Shown: in pieces, positions 1 to 11,445 of the stretch
How positions within the stretch are numbered: position 1 is the stretch's first letter
How the letters are laid out: every line of letters begins with the position of its first letter
Program-made: the position numbers and the translations under genes
Assembly: GCA_963815195.1 (NCBI GenBank)
Contig: CAWFGE010000019.1
Coordinates: 192,001 to 256,000 of the forward strand
Reading direction: 5' to 3'
DNA: 64,000 nucleotides
DNA from: an uncultured Planctomycetaceae bacterium
Lineage (GTDB): Bacteria > Planctomycetota > Planctomycetia > Planctomycetales > Planctomycetaceae
Notes under the pieces: model-generated
What the model was told of the DNA's origin: nothing
Seen by the model: the letters and a program-made list of their open reading frames with translations, nothing else
Database searches by the model: none

Positions 1-1502
1 TGGGCGACCCGGGCACGTTTTCGGTGCCGCACTATAAAGAAAAGGTCATCGAATACCTCGACCCCGCGAGCACCGACGGCGGCAAGCTCACGCGGGAAGA
101 AGCCTATTTCACCAACCAAGAGCTCGGTAACATCGGTTCACTCCCGCGCGGGGCGGCGTTCGAGTCGCCCGACGTGCAGGATGAAGCCTACGCCGACGGC
201 CGCGTTGCGGCGGAAACGATTCGCCGTTTGCAGGCCGCGAAACAGAGGAGGCGACAAGAAGGCACGCCGTTCTTCATCGCCGCGGGTTTTGCCCGGCCGC
301 ATCTGCCGTTCAGCGCACCGCGAAAATACTGGGATCTGTATGATCCCCAAAAACTGCCAATGCCCGAGTACGAAGAATTGCCCGCTGGCGCTCCCGCCGT
401 CGCGGGGAAGCGCGGCGGAGAGATCACCAACTACAAACCCGTGCCCCCGCGCGGCGATGTCGGCGAAAAGCTCAAACGGCAACTGATTCACGGCTATTAT
501 GCGTCCGCGAGTTTTGTCGATGCCCAGATCGGCAAAGTGCTCGATGAACTCGATCGGCTGGAACTTGATTCCAACACGATTGTCGTGTTGTGGGGCGATC
601 ATGGATTTCATCTGGGGGACTTGGGGATTTGGACGAAGCACACGAATTACGAACAGGCCAACCGCATTCCGCTGTTGTTTCGGGCCCCGGGCGTGACACA
701 GGCCGGCTCTTCGACGAAGCAGTTGGCCGAGAGCGTCGATGTGTTTCCCACACTCGCGGAACTCGCCGGTTTGCCAAAGCCGGCCGGTCCGCAACCGATC
801 GACGGCGTGAGCCTTGTTCCCGTTTTGAAAGATCCCGCCGCTCGGGTTCGGGATCACGCGTACCAGGCATACCCGAAGGCCAAGCTCGGCCGGGCGATTC
901 GCACCGAGCGGTATCGGCTCGTGGAGTGGAAGAAAATCGGCGAGGCCGCGGACCAGGCGGAGTATGAACTCTACGACTACGAAGCCGACCCTTTGGAAAC
1001 CGAAAACCTCGCGAAGAAGCATCCGGAAGTCGTCAAGCGTTTGCAGGCGGTCCTGGCGAAATACCCTGCGCCGGTGGAACGCGGCGTTTCGCGAAGCCCG
1101 CAGATCGCGAACCGGCCGCTGACGATCGAAGCCGTTGTGAAATCCGATCATCCGCAAGGCGTCGTGCTGGCCCAGGGCGGCCGGCAGCATGGCTATGCGC
1201 TTCATTTCATCGAGGGCAAACCCGCCTTTGACGTGCGGATCGACGGCAAGGTCACGCGATTGGCCGCCACGGAGCCGGTGCATGGCGAGGTCAAACTGAC
1301 CGCGACGCTGGACCCAAAGTCGATGACGCTCGCAGTCAATGGCGGGAAGGCTTTAACTCATGCTTCGCCGGGTTTGATCCCCGTCCAGCCGATCGATGAA
1401 TTGAGCATCGGCTCCGATGAACGCACCGCCGCGGGGGATTACTCGTCCCCCAACCGTTTCCGGGGCACGATCCTCCGCACGAAGGTCACGCCGGGGAAAT
1501 GA
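1..1502 (+). CDS. Sulfatase (iduronate-2-sulfatase-like) with C-terminal LamG/ConA-like domain; 5' end outside window
   Basis: Motifs GFARPHLPF, WGDHGFHLGDLGIWTKHTNYE, ELYDYEADPLETENLA; C-terminal VVLAQGG...GYALH beta-sandwich. The catalytic CxPxR motif is not in the window. Confidence 0.9.
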   Translation, partial: GDPGTFSVPHYKEKVIEYLDPASTDGGKLTREEAYFTNQELGNIGSLPRGAAFESPDVQDEAYADGRVAAETIRRLQAAKQRRRQEGTPFFIAAGFARPHLPFSAPRKYWDLYDPQKLPMPEYEELPAGAPAVAGKRGGEITNYKPVPPRGDVGEKLKRQLIHGYYASASFVDAQIGKVLDELDRLELDSNTIVVLWGDHGFHLGDLGIWTKHTNYEQANRIPLLFRAPGVTQAGSSTKQLAESVDVFPTLAELAGLPKPAGPQPIDGVSLVPVLKDPAARVRDHAYQAYPKAKLGRAIRTERYRLVEWKKIGEAADQAEYELYDYEADPLETENLAKKHPEVVKRLQAVLAKYPAPVERGVSRSPQIANRPLTIEAVVKSDHPQGVVLAQGGRQHGYALHFIEGKPAFDVRIDGKVTRLAATEPVHGEVKLTATLDPKSMTLAVNGGKALTHASPGLIPVQPIDELSIGSDERTAAGDYSSPNRFRGTILRTKVTPGK

Positions 1503-4500
1503 GGAATCGTCCGCTGAGGATGACTCGAGCCGATCGACCCGCGATTGATAAACCTGCGCGCCGGTCCGCTGGAAGCATTCGCGCGCATCCAGACGGTGAA
1601 GGATCCGATCCGGATCTTCGTCGGGAAGACCTTCGGCAAGTTCCAGGTGCAAGAGGCCTTCCTCGAAGGGCATGCGGAATTTCTTGGCGAGCCGCAGGGC
1701 CTTGTTCCAGCATCGGACGGCTTTTTTTCGTCGGCCCTGCTGCTGGTGGAATTGGCCTTCGTGCAATCCGGAGCGAACTCGGCCGACCGGATACATCACG
1801 CCGAATTCCCACAGCGACCGCCGGACCGCCTTGATCCGCCTTTCCAGATTTTGGCGTTGCTCCGGATCCGTCTCCTCGGACCAGAGGCCGTGATAGATCA
1901 TGAAGATTGCCGAATACGCCGGCAGCACGAAATGGCTGATCTGGTTGGATTCCGCGATCACGGTGCTCGTTCGCTCGGCCTCTTCAAACGCGGCTCGTTT
2001 TTCTCCCAGTCGCCATAGCGCCTCGCCGAGCATCCCCTGCCCGAGAATCTGATCGGCCGGCGTGATGTCGTTGTGTTTAAGACATTCCTGAAGCTCCTCC
2101 GCCAATTCGCGAATCGGGTCGGCGTCCTGGGATCGGGCGAGCAGGCACCGGAGCCGCCAGGTTAAGCCCCACAGTTGAATCTGCGGCATGCGGTCGCGCC
2201 GGCCGGCTTTGAGCATCTCTCCCGCGTACTTCTCGCACCGCGCCAACTCGCCCCGCCGCCAACTGCAGATGACATAGGTGTATGTGCTTTCGGCCCATCG
2301 CCGGCGCGCGCCGATGCCTTCGGCCAACGCCATGGCGCGGGTGACGATCTCATCGGCCGCGTCCCATTCTCCGACGGTCGCCCAATAGATTCCCACGATC
2401 AAGCCGACGTAGGACGTGCAGTCGGGATCGTTGACTTCCGCCGCCACTTGATGGGCACGTTCGGCATAGAGCCTCGCCCTTCGGTGCAGCATCAACAAGC
2501 CCGCAACGACCGCGGCATTCGCGTAGCAGCGGGCCAGCACGGACGACGGACCGACGGCATCCGCGAGGTTCAGTGCCTTGAACACGGCGTGAATCGTCGG
2601 CAGCCGGGCATTGTTGAGGTAGTGGATCTGAGCCAACCGTTCGTAACACTGGGCGGCTTGCAGCAAACGCGCGGGATGGTTCGCCGGCCGCCGGGGGAGC
2701 AATCGCAACAACCACCCGAGCCCGCACTGTTTGCCGAACTCCAGGAGCGTGCTGGCGATCGTGCCCGCGCGGTTTTGCGAAAAGGGAAACCCAAGCCGAT
2801 CGAGTGCCGACCGAAAATGCTCGAGGCTCGCCGCCAAATCGCCGATGTTGTAGCACGCCTCGGCCACCTGCCGTTCCCATTGGGTCCGCTGCTCCAAAGG
2901 CACGAGCTCGCCGCCGGCGTCGTCGATCTCCATCGCCTGGCGGAAGAACTGAATCACCTCGGCATTGGCAAATTGCCTGGCCGCGCTCTCGCCGGATTTT
3001 TCCAGATACTCGAGGGCCTTGGCGGTCTGGTCGGTGCGGCTCCAATGCTTGGCCAACAGCGCAAAAAACGGAGCCAGGTCCTCCCCGTGCTCCCGTTCGT
3101 ACCACTCGGCAATCGAGCGGTGAAGTGTCTGGCGCTGCGTGGGCGGGATGAGATCGTAGGCGACTTCCTGCGTGATCACGTGCCGAAACTGGTAGTCGTG
3201 CTCATTGTCCAGATCGTGGGCCGTGATCAGATCCCGCCGCGTGAGTGCCTGGAAGCTGGCGGGTTGCAGCGGGCGGTCCTCTTCCACGGGGAACATATCT
3301 TTCAAGATTCTGCAGGAGAACGATCGGCCGACGACGCTCGCCACTTTCAGCGTCAGTTGCTCGCCGGGCACGAGCCGGTCGATGCGGCTCGTCACCACGC
3401 CTTGCACCGTGTCCGGGAAACCGAGATTGGACAGGTCGGAGTCCGACGTCAACACGCAGCGGCCGCCGGCGATTTCGATCGCCCCGGCATCGCGGAGCGC
3501 AAACGCCAGTTCCTCTCCGAACAGCGGATTGCCCTGGGCTTTCGCGCGGATCAAATCCGCGACCTGCCGGGGCAGTTCGTTCGCGCCCAAGCTCCGGCAG
3601 ACCAGCGTTTCCACGTCGTCTTCCGACAACGGGGCGAGCGAAATCCGCGTGATGTTTTTCTGCTTCTGGATCCGCAGATAATCCCCGGGCGGCTTGTCGC
3701 CGAGCGGCCGGGTGACGATGAACAGCAAAAAATCGTCTGCCGACTCCGCGACCATTCGCGTGAGCGTCCACGAAGCCGAGTCCATCCAGTGGCAGTCTTC
3801 GAGAATGATCTGAACGGAGTGGAGGCCGGCTTCGATCTTCAACAGCCGCCTGAGCAAATCGTTCGTCATCGTGACGCGGGCTTCCTGGGTCAGCTGCGAA
3901 GTGAGTTCATTGTCGGAAAGCTCGGTCGCCAGCACGGGATTGAGCAGCGGCGCAAGTTCGGCGGAGAGGCCGTGCTTCTCGAGCAGATTGGGCAAGTGGT
4001 TTCCCAGATCGACGGTTTGCAAGGAGTCTCCATCGGAGCCTTCGACGGGAAACAGAGCGCGAAACACGCCGCGCCAGGCGAAGTAGGGCGTGGAGCGTTC
4101 GATGTCCAAGGCGGTGCCGATGTAGGTCGTCATGTCTTTGGTTTTCGCCCCTTCGCGGAGCGCCGCGACCAGGCGGGACTTCCCGATGCCCGGTTCGCCG
4201 TCCACGATGGCGATGGAACCTTTCGACTGCTCGATGAGCAGCCGCTGGAGCGCGTCCAGCCGGCGTTGTTCGCCTTCGCGGCCGATCATGGGTGTGAGGC
4301 TTCGCGGATTGACCGTCGACCGCCGCTTGCGCGGGGCGGTACACCGGCACCGGGGCGGACTTGCCTTTGAGAGTCACGGGCGGAAGCGTCTCGAAATCCC
4401 ACCGCCGCCGGGCCGCGGCAAACGTGGCCTCATCGCAGAGGATGTCCCCTTTGGCGGCCTGCATCAAGCGGGCGGAAAGATTGACCACGTCGCCGATCAT

Positions 4501-5610
4501 CGTGTACTCGCAGCGCCGGCGATTGCCGATGATGCCGCAAAACACCCGGCCGCTCGTGACGCCCACCGAGCACGCCCGCCCGAGCGCCGCAAGGCCGGAC
4601 TTGATGTCCACGGCTGCCAAGACGCCGCGGAGTTCATCGTCTTCGTGCGCCAAGGGCGGCAAGCCCAGCGCCGCGACGAAGGTGATGCCTTTGTCGTCCG
4701 CGCTCAACTTGTTGACGCTGCCCTCGTAGCGGTAGAGCGCGGTCTGCAAGGCCTCCATCACGCGCTGCGCTTCGGGCAGCGGCGTTTGACAAGTCAACTC
4801 CGGGAGGTTGATGAACAGCACCGTCAGCCGGCGGAGTTCCCCCAACCAATTTGCATGCCCGCCTTCGAGCCGCTTGTGAATCGCCGCCGGGATGTAGCCC
4901 AGGATCTTCGACTCCGCCGCTTGATCGAGTTCCGGAATCTCCTGCGGCTCGAACGACGGATCGGTCGACAAGGCCTCCAACCGCAACTGGCGGCCGGAGA
5001 GCCGCCGGCCCAGGGCGGAATCGGCCAAAAGTTCCAATGCATTCGGTCCCAAAACAACGTCGCCGCGGTCGGCGGCGTCCGCGGCGTCCGTGGCTTCGGC
5101 GATCGGACTTCCGGAGACCACATATTCCCATCGCCCGAACATCCCGCCCACGCTCGCCGTGCCGATTTCCCCGGTGCCGATGCCGATGCGGAGCGACAGC
5201 TTGTCCCCATCTTTGGTTTTGCGGTCGCGCAATCGGCTTTGAGCCGCCAGCCCGCAGCGAGCCGCCGCCTGCACCGAATCGGCGAGTTCTCCCTGGGCAG
5301 CCGGCCAGACGGCGAGCAACGCATCGCCGGCAAACTTGACGATGTCTCCACCGGACGACATCACAATTTCGATGAGGTCGCCGAAATAGTCATTGAGGGT
5401 TTGCGTCAGTTCCTCCACACCGGCGGAGCCGCGCTGACCCAGCCGTTCACTCAGGCTGGTGAACCCGGAAATATCGGCGAACAGCACCGTCCCGGCGAAC
5501 AGGTCCTTCCGCGGAGCCAGTTGATCGCCGTCGCCGTCGGCCAGTTGCCTGAGCACTTCCAAAGGGAGGAACCGCGAAAGATTATCAGCACGGGAAGTTG
5601 TGGACACCAT
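1353..5610 (-). CDS. Tandem class III nucleotide cyclase + AAA/STAND ATPase + TPR-like protein (soluble adenylyl cyclase-like); one apparent frameshift near 4300
   Basis: ORF 3907-5703 has two cyclase domains (FADISGFT, KFAGDA; DKG, EYTMIGDVVNLSARLM). ORF 1353-4289 has Walker A GEPGIGKS, Walker B IILEDCHWMD, GNPLF and helical repeats. The exact 3' end is uncertain. Confidence 0.85.
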
Positions 5611-5890
5611 GCCGGCCCGCTCCATGGAAGATGGGAGGAAGAATCCCGCCCCCCGGCGATGCCCGATTGATTCTCGGCGAGACGGGAGCGTGGAATGACG
5701 CAAACAACCCGAACGGATTTCGGGTGCTTAAACATGGCATTCGGCTCAACGTTCTGCGGAAGCACGTTTCTTTTTTGCATCAAAACCCGGCCGCAGAAAA
5801 CCAATTGGCCCTCAGAACGCAATGCTTCGCTATAACGCGACACCGGAAAAAACCGGAAAATCGATTTGATCGTTACAGCTTTACGGTCGG

Positions 5891-6835
5891 CTAACGTTCC
5901 CGCCAAAGCACCGCGTCGGCGATGCCGAGCTGTTGTTGGACCTCCGCAATGTCCTTGCGAAACCGGCGGGCGTCCGTCGGATAACCCTTGGTGGGTTTTA
6001 GATCGGGAAGATGGGTTTGCCAGAAGCGGTTAAAAGTGATCATGGCGACTTCGCGGAGATATTTCGAGATCATCGAGGCCGCCGCGACCGGGAAATGTGA
6101 TTCCGCTTTCGTTTGAAAACATAGCTCCGTCCGCCCCACGCGATACCGGCTGCGGGCGGTCCCCTCGTCCAGGCGGAAGATAAACTGGCCGTCGAGCACC
6201 TCCGCCAGCAGCTCATCATACCGGTTCCGCCCGCCGTGCTTGTCGGCGACGATCGACACCGGCTCGGGGTGTTCGGGATCCCAAAGGGTCCTCAAAAGCG
6301 CCAGGCTCATCCGCGACAACGCGAGCCCCTTGCTGCCGTATCGATCGACGGTGCGGTTATATCGCTCGGTGAAAACGACATCGCTCGCAACGCCCCGCAG
6401 GCTGACGCCCGCGTCGTCGCAGGTCCTTTGCCACTGGGCCGGGAGTTCCTCATCGAGGGGACTCACCGCGGGCAGAATCAGATCATCAGCAAACCAAGGT
6501 TCGTTCTTCGCGTGCTGCCGGCAACCCGGAGCCAGGGCGTCCAAGAGTTCGTGAAAGCCTTTCGAAGCCGCACAAAACGTGCTCGCGAGTGTGTGGACCG
6601 CCTCTTCCAGGTCGCCGAGTCCGCGGGACGGCGTGTAGACCTTTTTCGAGTCCCCGACATAAATGCGGCCCGGCGGTTTTTGTTTTTCGTCCATCGTCGC
6701 CACGGCGGGGCTCAGGGCGTCCCAAAGATCGATTTCAAAGGGAGAACCGGGAACTTCCCAGGCGGTGACGGTGATGACGAGCGGTCCGAGGTTCGGCCCA
6801 TATCCCGCTTCGTCCATCCCCAACACCAGGCCCAT
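5891..6835 (-). CDS. Ribonuclease HII-family protein (divergent, with insertions)
   Basis: GMDEAGYGPNLGPLV, GDSKK, KAESHFPVAAASMISK and KGYPT match RNase HII motifs. Confidence 0.75.
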   Translation of the reverse strand: MGLVLGMDEAGYGPNLGPLVITVTAWEVPGSPFEIDLWDALSPAVATMDEKQKPPGRIYVGDSKKVYTPSRGLGDLEEAVHTLASTFCAASKGFHELLDALAPGCRQHAKNEPWFADDLILPAVSPLDEELPAQWQRTCDDAGVSLRGVASDVVFTERYNRTVDRYGSKGLALSRMSLALLRTLWDPEHPEPVSIVADKHGGRNRYDELLAEVLDGQFIFRLDEGTARSRYRVGRTELCFQTKAESHFPVAAASMISKYLREVAMITFNRFWQTHLPDLKPTKGYPTDARRFRKDIAEVQQQLGIADAVLWRER

Positions 6836-6895
6836 GTTCGCTCCTCATACTGATTCGATGAAGTCCATGCCGCTAGATCAACCGCCCCAGACATC

Positions 6896-7771
6896 TTACA
6901 AAGCGCTCGTGCCATAATATCGTTCTACCGGCAGGCCGGTTTTTTGGGCGACGGTCTCGGCGATCGCGTCCACCTCGGCGTCGGCGAGCGGGGCGACGTA
7001 GGACTCGGCGGGTTGGCGGGCGATGGTGTAGATCTGGATGAGCTTCAAGCGGCCGCCGGCTTCGGTGATTTCGTTGAGTCGCTCGCAGTAAGCGGCGATT
7101 TCCTCAGGCGCCGGGGGGATGTTTTCGATTCGCATGAACAGCGTTTGAATTACCAAGGAGCGGACCTTCGCGGCGGCGGTGATGTTCTCCAGCACCTGCC
7201 GAAACGGGATCTTTGTCCGCTCCACAAGCTGGTAATAATCGTCGGTGCCTGCGTCGAGCTTGGCCCAGATCTCGCCGTTGTTCTGGTCGAGGATTTCCAA
7301 GCCGGCTTTCACCGCCGGGCGGTGGAACATGCTCGCATTGGTGATCAGCACCATGTTCACGCCGGACAGGCCGTGTTGTCTTTTCAGCTCGGCCACGGAC
7401 CGCATGAGTTCATCAAAGTTGCGGTACGTCGTCGGCTCGCCGTCGCCCGAGAATGCGATGTCGTTCAACCGGCGGAGCGGTTCGGGGACATCGGCGAATT
7501 TCTCGTCCCGGTAAATTTCGCCGGTCTTGACGAACCCGAGCATGTGATCGAGTTCGGCCATCAAGCGATCCATCTCCACGAACCGCGTCTCGGCTTCGCT
7601 TCGCCGGTCGACCTGGCAGTAGATGCAATCGAAGTTGCAGACTTTGTCCGGGTTGAGGTTCACCCCAATCGAAATCCCCTTGCTCCGCCGGGAGAGCACG
7701 GGGTACACGAATTTGTTCTCGTGATACGAGCGGGAATGATCGGTATAAAGCGGCAGAGCAGGATTTGGCAT
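6896..7771 (-). CDS. Radical SAM protein
   Basis: CNFDCIYC (CxxxCxxC), FSGDGEPT, ITNAS, AKLDAG. Confidence 0.9.
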   Translation of the reverse strand: MPNPALPLYTDHSRSYHENKFVYPVLSRRSKGISIGVNLNPDKVCNFDCIYCQVDRRSEAETRFVEMDRLMAELDHMLGFVKTGEIYRDEKFADVPEPLRRLNDIAFSGDGEPTTYRNFDELMRSVAELKRQHGLSGVNMVLITNASMFHRPAVKAGLEILDQNNGEIWAKLDAGTDDYYQLVERTKIPFRQVLENITAAAKVRSLVIQTLFMRIENIPPAPEEIAAYCERLNEITEAGGRLKLIQIYTIARQPAESYVAPLADAEVDAIAETVAQKTGLPVERYYGTSAL

Positions 7772-7835
7772 GGCGTTTCGTTAGGATTCGGGAATAAGGA
7801 ACGTGAAGAAAATAACTTCAACATGGGGACAAAAA

Positions 7836-7865
7836 GGCGAGCGGGGGGCGTAAGCCCCCTGGTTA
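7836..7865 (+). repeat. REP-like palindromic unit, family B (GGCGAGCG-hairpin)
   Basis: GGCGAGCGGGGGGCGTAAGCCCCCTGGTTA, near-identical to the copy at 53873. Confidence 0.8.
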
Positions 7866-8023
7866 TGTCGAGTCGTTCAATATCTTAGATTATTTCCTTG
7901 GCGATCCTAAAGAAGGCCGAATTCAACCTTATCGGGATTCTATTTTAGTGACGCCGCGACGGCATCGCGATGTGGGCGGCCGGATCTCCCATCGCTCGAC
8001 TTGATTTCCTCCGTCGCCACGAT

Positions 8024-9589
8024 TTACTTCTTTCCCGCCGCAAAGGCAGCTTGCAGCTTCGGGTGGGACAGATCGAGCCGGTACATGATTTGGTTGTAGT
8101 TATACCGCGGCGTGGCGGGGGAGTTGGTGAAGGTGTTCGCGTAGGTGCCTTCAAAATAAATCATCCGCCCGCCCTCTTCATTGAAGAAGGGATGATGGCA
8201 GGGATTGTAGAAGCTCTGCTTGTTGTGCGTCACGATCCGCACCGCTTGGCGGAACGGGCCTTGGGGCGACGGGGCTTCGGAATACCACACCTCGCCCAAC
8301 ATCGACGGGCTGCTCTTGTCGAAGCTCTGCTCGATGGCGATCAAGATGTACCGCTTGCGAAACGGGTTCCAATAGACGCTGCCGGTGTGCATCAGGATGT
8401 GACGACTCGGGTTCTCCGCATCGACGGGCAGATACCGCGCTTCTTCGGGGCGGATGAGTCCCTGCTTGAGCCAGCGCTGTTCCGTTTTCTGCGTCACCGG
8501 CGGACCGGCTTGCCAACGCCAATCGAGTTCGCCCGATTCTTTCCGGCGGGGCCGGGCGGTTTCCGGATGGGATTGAGGATCGACGCAGGACCAGGATTCA
8601 TATTTCGACGGATCCAGCACCGCGGAGAGTTCCGCCCGCACCCGCGTGACGGGAAAGGGAATCCCGCACATCAGATAATCCGTGTCTCCGTCGCGGACCG
8701 GGATCGGGTGATTCTGCAGAGACCGCCACTCATCGTCTACGGGGAGATGCGTTTCGACTTCAAAGAGTTCCCGTTGATCGTTGTACAACATCATGCCCTG
8801 CTCGTAAGCCTTCGCCAAACCGGGCCGGCGGGAGAAGTGCCCCACCAGACGCGTTTTGCCCCCGGCGTCGTTCACCGTGCAAACGCCGTCGATCCAAACG
8901 ACGCCCTTGGAATTTTCGACCTCTGCCATCGCCCGCGCGAAGCCATCTTTGCCGGTGAAGTAGTCGTAGTTGATGCCCTCGGCCGGCGGCAAGTCACTTT
9001 TAACAGGCAGCGGCGATGTGCCGCCCGCCATGCGGAACAATCCCAAAGGATAGGACAAGCGGTTGGTGTCGCCCCAGAACCAGTAAATCTTGCCGCCGTA
9101 AACCGCGGCTTGCACCGAATCCTGCCCCGCGACTTTGCCCGCACCCAAGGGCTCTTTGAGCGGCGTTTTCTTTCCAAGCAGCACCGAATCCCGATACAGC
9201 CCCTGCCCCGTCGCCCGGTACAACCGCTCGGCGAGGTTGATCCGCTCCAAAGCAATCGCCCTAGTCTGGCCCGGCTCGATCTTGAGCCGCACGCCGGCGA
9301 TGCCGAAGCCGTCTTTCGGCACGTTGTAGCCCGGGGCTTCGATGCGGAAGAAAATCGTCTGCCCGGCGTGTCCTGGTTCCGAGTAGGCAATCCGCCCCGC
9401 GTTGTCGGTGACGTAGCGGACATCGTTGACCGTGACCAACTCCACCAAAGGCACGCCTCGCTTGGTCTCCTGGTCGATGACCTGAATCTCAAAATACAGG
9501 GCAGGCTCGGCAGCCGAACTTCCAGAAATCGTCCCCAACAACGCGGCCAGGAAGCACACAGCGAGCGGTCGATTGACTTTCATCTTCAT
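8024..9589 (-). CDS. Secreted hypothetical protein (possible beta-propeller)
   Basis: Long ORF with N-terminal signal peptide ending SSA-AE; FWGDT motif; no function recognised. Confidence 0.75.
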   Translation of the reverse strand: MKMKVNRPLAVCFLAALLGTISGSSAAEPALYFEIQVIDQETKRGVPLVELVTVNDVRYVTDNAGRIAYSEPGHAGQTIFFRIEAPGYNVPKDGFGIAGVRLKIEPGQTRAIALERINLAERLYRATGQGLYRDSVLLGKKTPLKEPLGAGKVAGQDSVQAAVYGGKIYWFWGDTNRLSYPLGLFRMAGGTSPLPVKSDLPPAEGINYDYFTGKDGFARAMAEVENSKGVVWIDGVCTVNDAGGKTRLVGHFSRRPGLAKAYEQGMMLYNDQRELFEVETHLPVDDEWRSLQNHPIPVRDGDTDYLMCGIPFPVTRVRAELSAVLDPSKYESWSCVDPQSHPETARPRRKESGELDWRWQAGPPVTQKTEQRWLKQGLIRPEEARYLPVDAENPSRHILMHTGSVYWNPFRKRYILIAIEQSFDKSSPSMLGEVWYSEAPSPQGPFRQAVRIVTHNKQSFYNPCHHPFFNEEGGRMIYFEGTYANTFTNSPATPRYNYNQIMYRLDLSHPKLQAAFAAGKK

Positions 9590-9721
9590 ATCACCGATTG
9601 TTAATGCAATGAGTTTGGTTTTCGTAGCGGTGGCTTCCAGCCGCCGACCGGACCGTTTCATAGGTTCATTAAGGCAAACTTCCGCCAAAATGAAAACCCC
9701 CATGATAAAAGGGCGAGCGAT

Positions 9722-11422
9722 ATGGTGCGATGGATCTTGTTGGGATTGACCTTATTCGGATCGGCGGGGCCCGTGCTGGCTCAACCGTCCGCATCCTCGA
9801 ATGATAAAACGCAGCCGTTCTTCGTGTTTCGCGATGCGACCGAAGAAGCCGGGATCTTGCCCGCGGCGAAGGGCATCATGGGGCATGGAGCGGGTTGGGG
9901 GGATGTCAACGGCGACGGCTGGCCCGACTTGTACGTCGCGACGTTCCATTACCCGGACACCCAGCCGAATTTGCTGTTCCTCAATCATCAGGGACATTTC
10001 GAGCAGGCCGACCAGAAATCTGTGCGGATTTCCACGCGGGCGACCGGGGTGATGCTCGCCGACCTGGACAACGACGGCGACTTGGATCTGTATGTCGCCA
10101 GCATGCCCGGCCCCGCCGGCAGCAAGCTCGCCGAGCGCAACGGCCACCCTTTCGCCGGGTGTTCGCTGTTTCGAAACGAAGGCGGCGGAAAATTCACCGA
10201 CATCTCCCAAGGCAACGGAGCCTGCCCGCCCGCGTTCGGCGGTCGCAGCACCGCGGTCCTCGATTACGACGGCGACGGATTTCTCGATCTGCTCGTCGGC
10301 GAAGATCCCATTCCCGGCTACAACGGCTCTAAAACCAAGACCTCCAAGCTGTTCCACAACGAAGGCGGCCTCAAGTTCCGCGATGTCTCCCGCGAGGCCG
10401 GGATTTCCGAAGACCACGCGGGCCTCGGCGTGGCGGCGGCGGATGTCAATGCCGACGGCTGGCCCGATTTCTTCCTGGTGTCCACCTTGGGGATTCATCT
10501 CTACTTGAACGACGGCCACGGCAAGTTTCACGAGGCCCCCGAAGTCAGCCGGGTCATGGCGTGGCCCAAAGCCAAGGGCGACGACATGGTCTGCGGCGTC
10601 GCGGTCGGAGATGTCAACGGCGACGCCCGGCCGGATGTCGTCCTCGGCCAGCATTTCAGCCGGCCCTGGCTCGAAGGCGTGGCGAACCGGCTGTATCTCA
10701 ACCGGGGCGTTGTAGACGGTGTGCCCGAGTTTGAAGATGTCACCGAAGCCGCCGGTTTAATCCCCCTGCCAATGAAAGGCCCGCACGTCGAAATTCAGGA
10801 TTTCGACAACGACGGCCGGCCCGACATTTACACGAGCATCGTCAAGTTCAAGGACGGAAAATCCTACCCGGTGATCTTTAAGAACCTCAGCGAGCGAGAC
10901 GGCCGGCCTCGCTTCGAAGAACGCGCGCTCGGCGTCAATGATTTTCCCACCGCGGAAGACAAGGCGGTCAAACGGACGGGCACGTTTTTCGACAAGATGG
11001 TCGCCGACCGCAAAATCATCTACACCGCGCCGGGGCCTGCCTGCGATTACGACCGCGACGGGCGGTTGGATTTATTCCTGGCAAACTGGTGGGCCGAGTC
11101 GCCTTCGATGCTGCTGCACAACGAAACGCCCGGCGGCAATTGGCTGGACGTGAAAGTCCAAGGCAAGGACGGCGTGAACCGCATGGGCATCGGCTCCCGC
11201 GTGTTTGTTTACTCGGCGGGAAAGGCGGGAGACGAGAAATCACTCCTCGGCGTTCGCGAGATCTCCAAGGGCTTTGGTTACGCTTCCTCCCAAGAAGCCG
11301 TCGCCCATTTCGGTTTGGGAAAAACCGACTTCGTGGATCTCGTCATTGCACTGCCCCACCGCAAGGGGACGCTGACGAAGAAGAACATCAAAACCAACCA
11401 GCGCATTACCATCAAACAATAA
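9722..11422 (+). CDS. CRTAC1-family protein (FG-GAP/VCBS repeats + ASPIC/UnbV domain)
   Basis: Signal peptide; repeated DxNGDGxxDL motifs; C-terminal NRMGIGSRV...GYASS...HFGLG. Confidence 0.9.
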   Translation: MVRWILLGLTLFGSAGPVLAQPSASSNDKTQPFFVFRDATEEAGILPAAKGIMGHGAGWGDVNGDGWPDLYVATFHYPDTQPNLLFLNHQGHFEQADQKSVRISTRATGVMLADLDNDGDLDLYVASMPGPAGSKLAERNGHPFAGCSLFRNEGGGKFTDISQGNGACPPAFGGRSTAVLDYDGDGFLDLLVGEDPIPGYNGSKTKTSKLFHNEGGLKFRDVSREAGISEDHAGLGVAAADVNADGWPDFFLVSTLGIHLYLNDGHGKFHEAPEVSRVMAWPKAKGDDMVCGVAVGDVNGDARPDVVLGQHFSRPWLEGVANRLYLNRGVVDGVPEFEDVTEAAGLIPLPMKGPHVEIQDFDNDGRPDIYTSIVKFKDGKSYPVIFKNLSERDGRPRFEERALGVNDFPTAEDKAVKRTGTFFDKMVADRKIIYTAPGPACDYDRDGRLDLFLANWWAESPSMLLHNETPGGNWLDVKVQGKDGVNRMGIGSRVFVYSAGKAGDEKSLLGVREISKGFGYASSQEAVAHFGLGKTDFVDLVIALPHRKGTLTKKNIKTNQRITIKQ

Positions 11423-11445
11423 TCCGCCATTCGCACAGGGGAAAG

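Noticed and set aside
1353..1502. 150-nt convergent overlap of the cyclase and sulfatase genes
   Set aside because: The overlapping tail looks like non-conserved read-through and may be another indel artefact.
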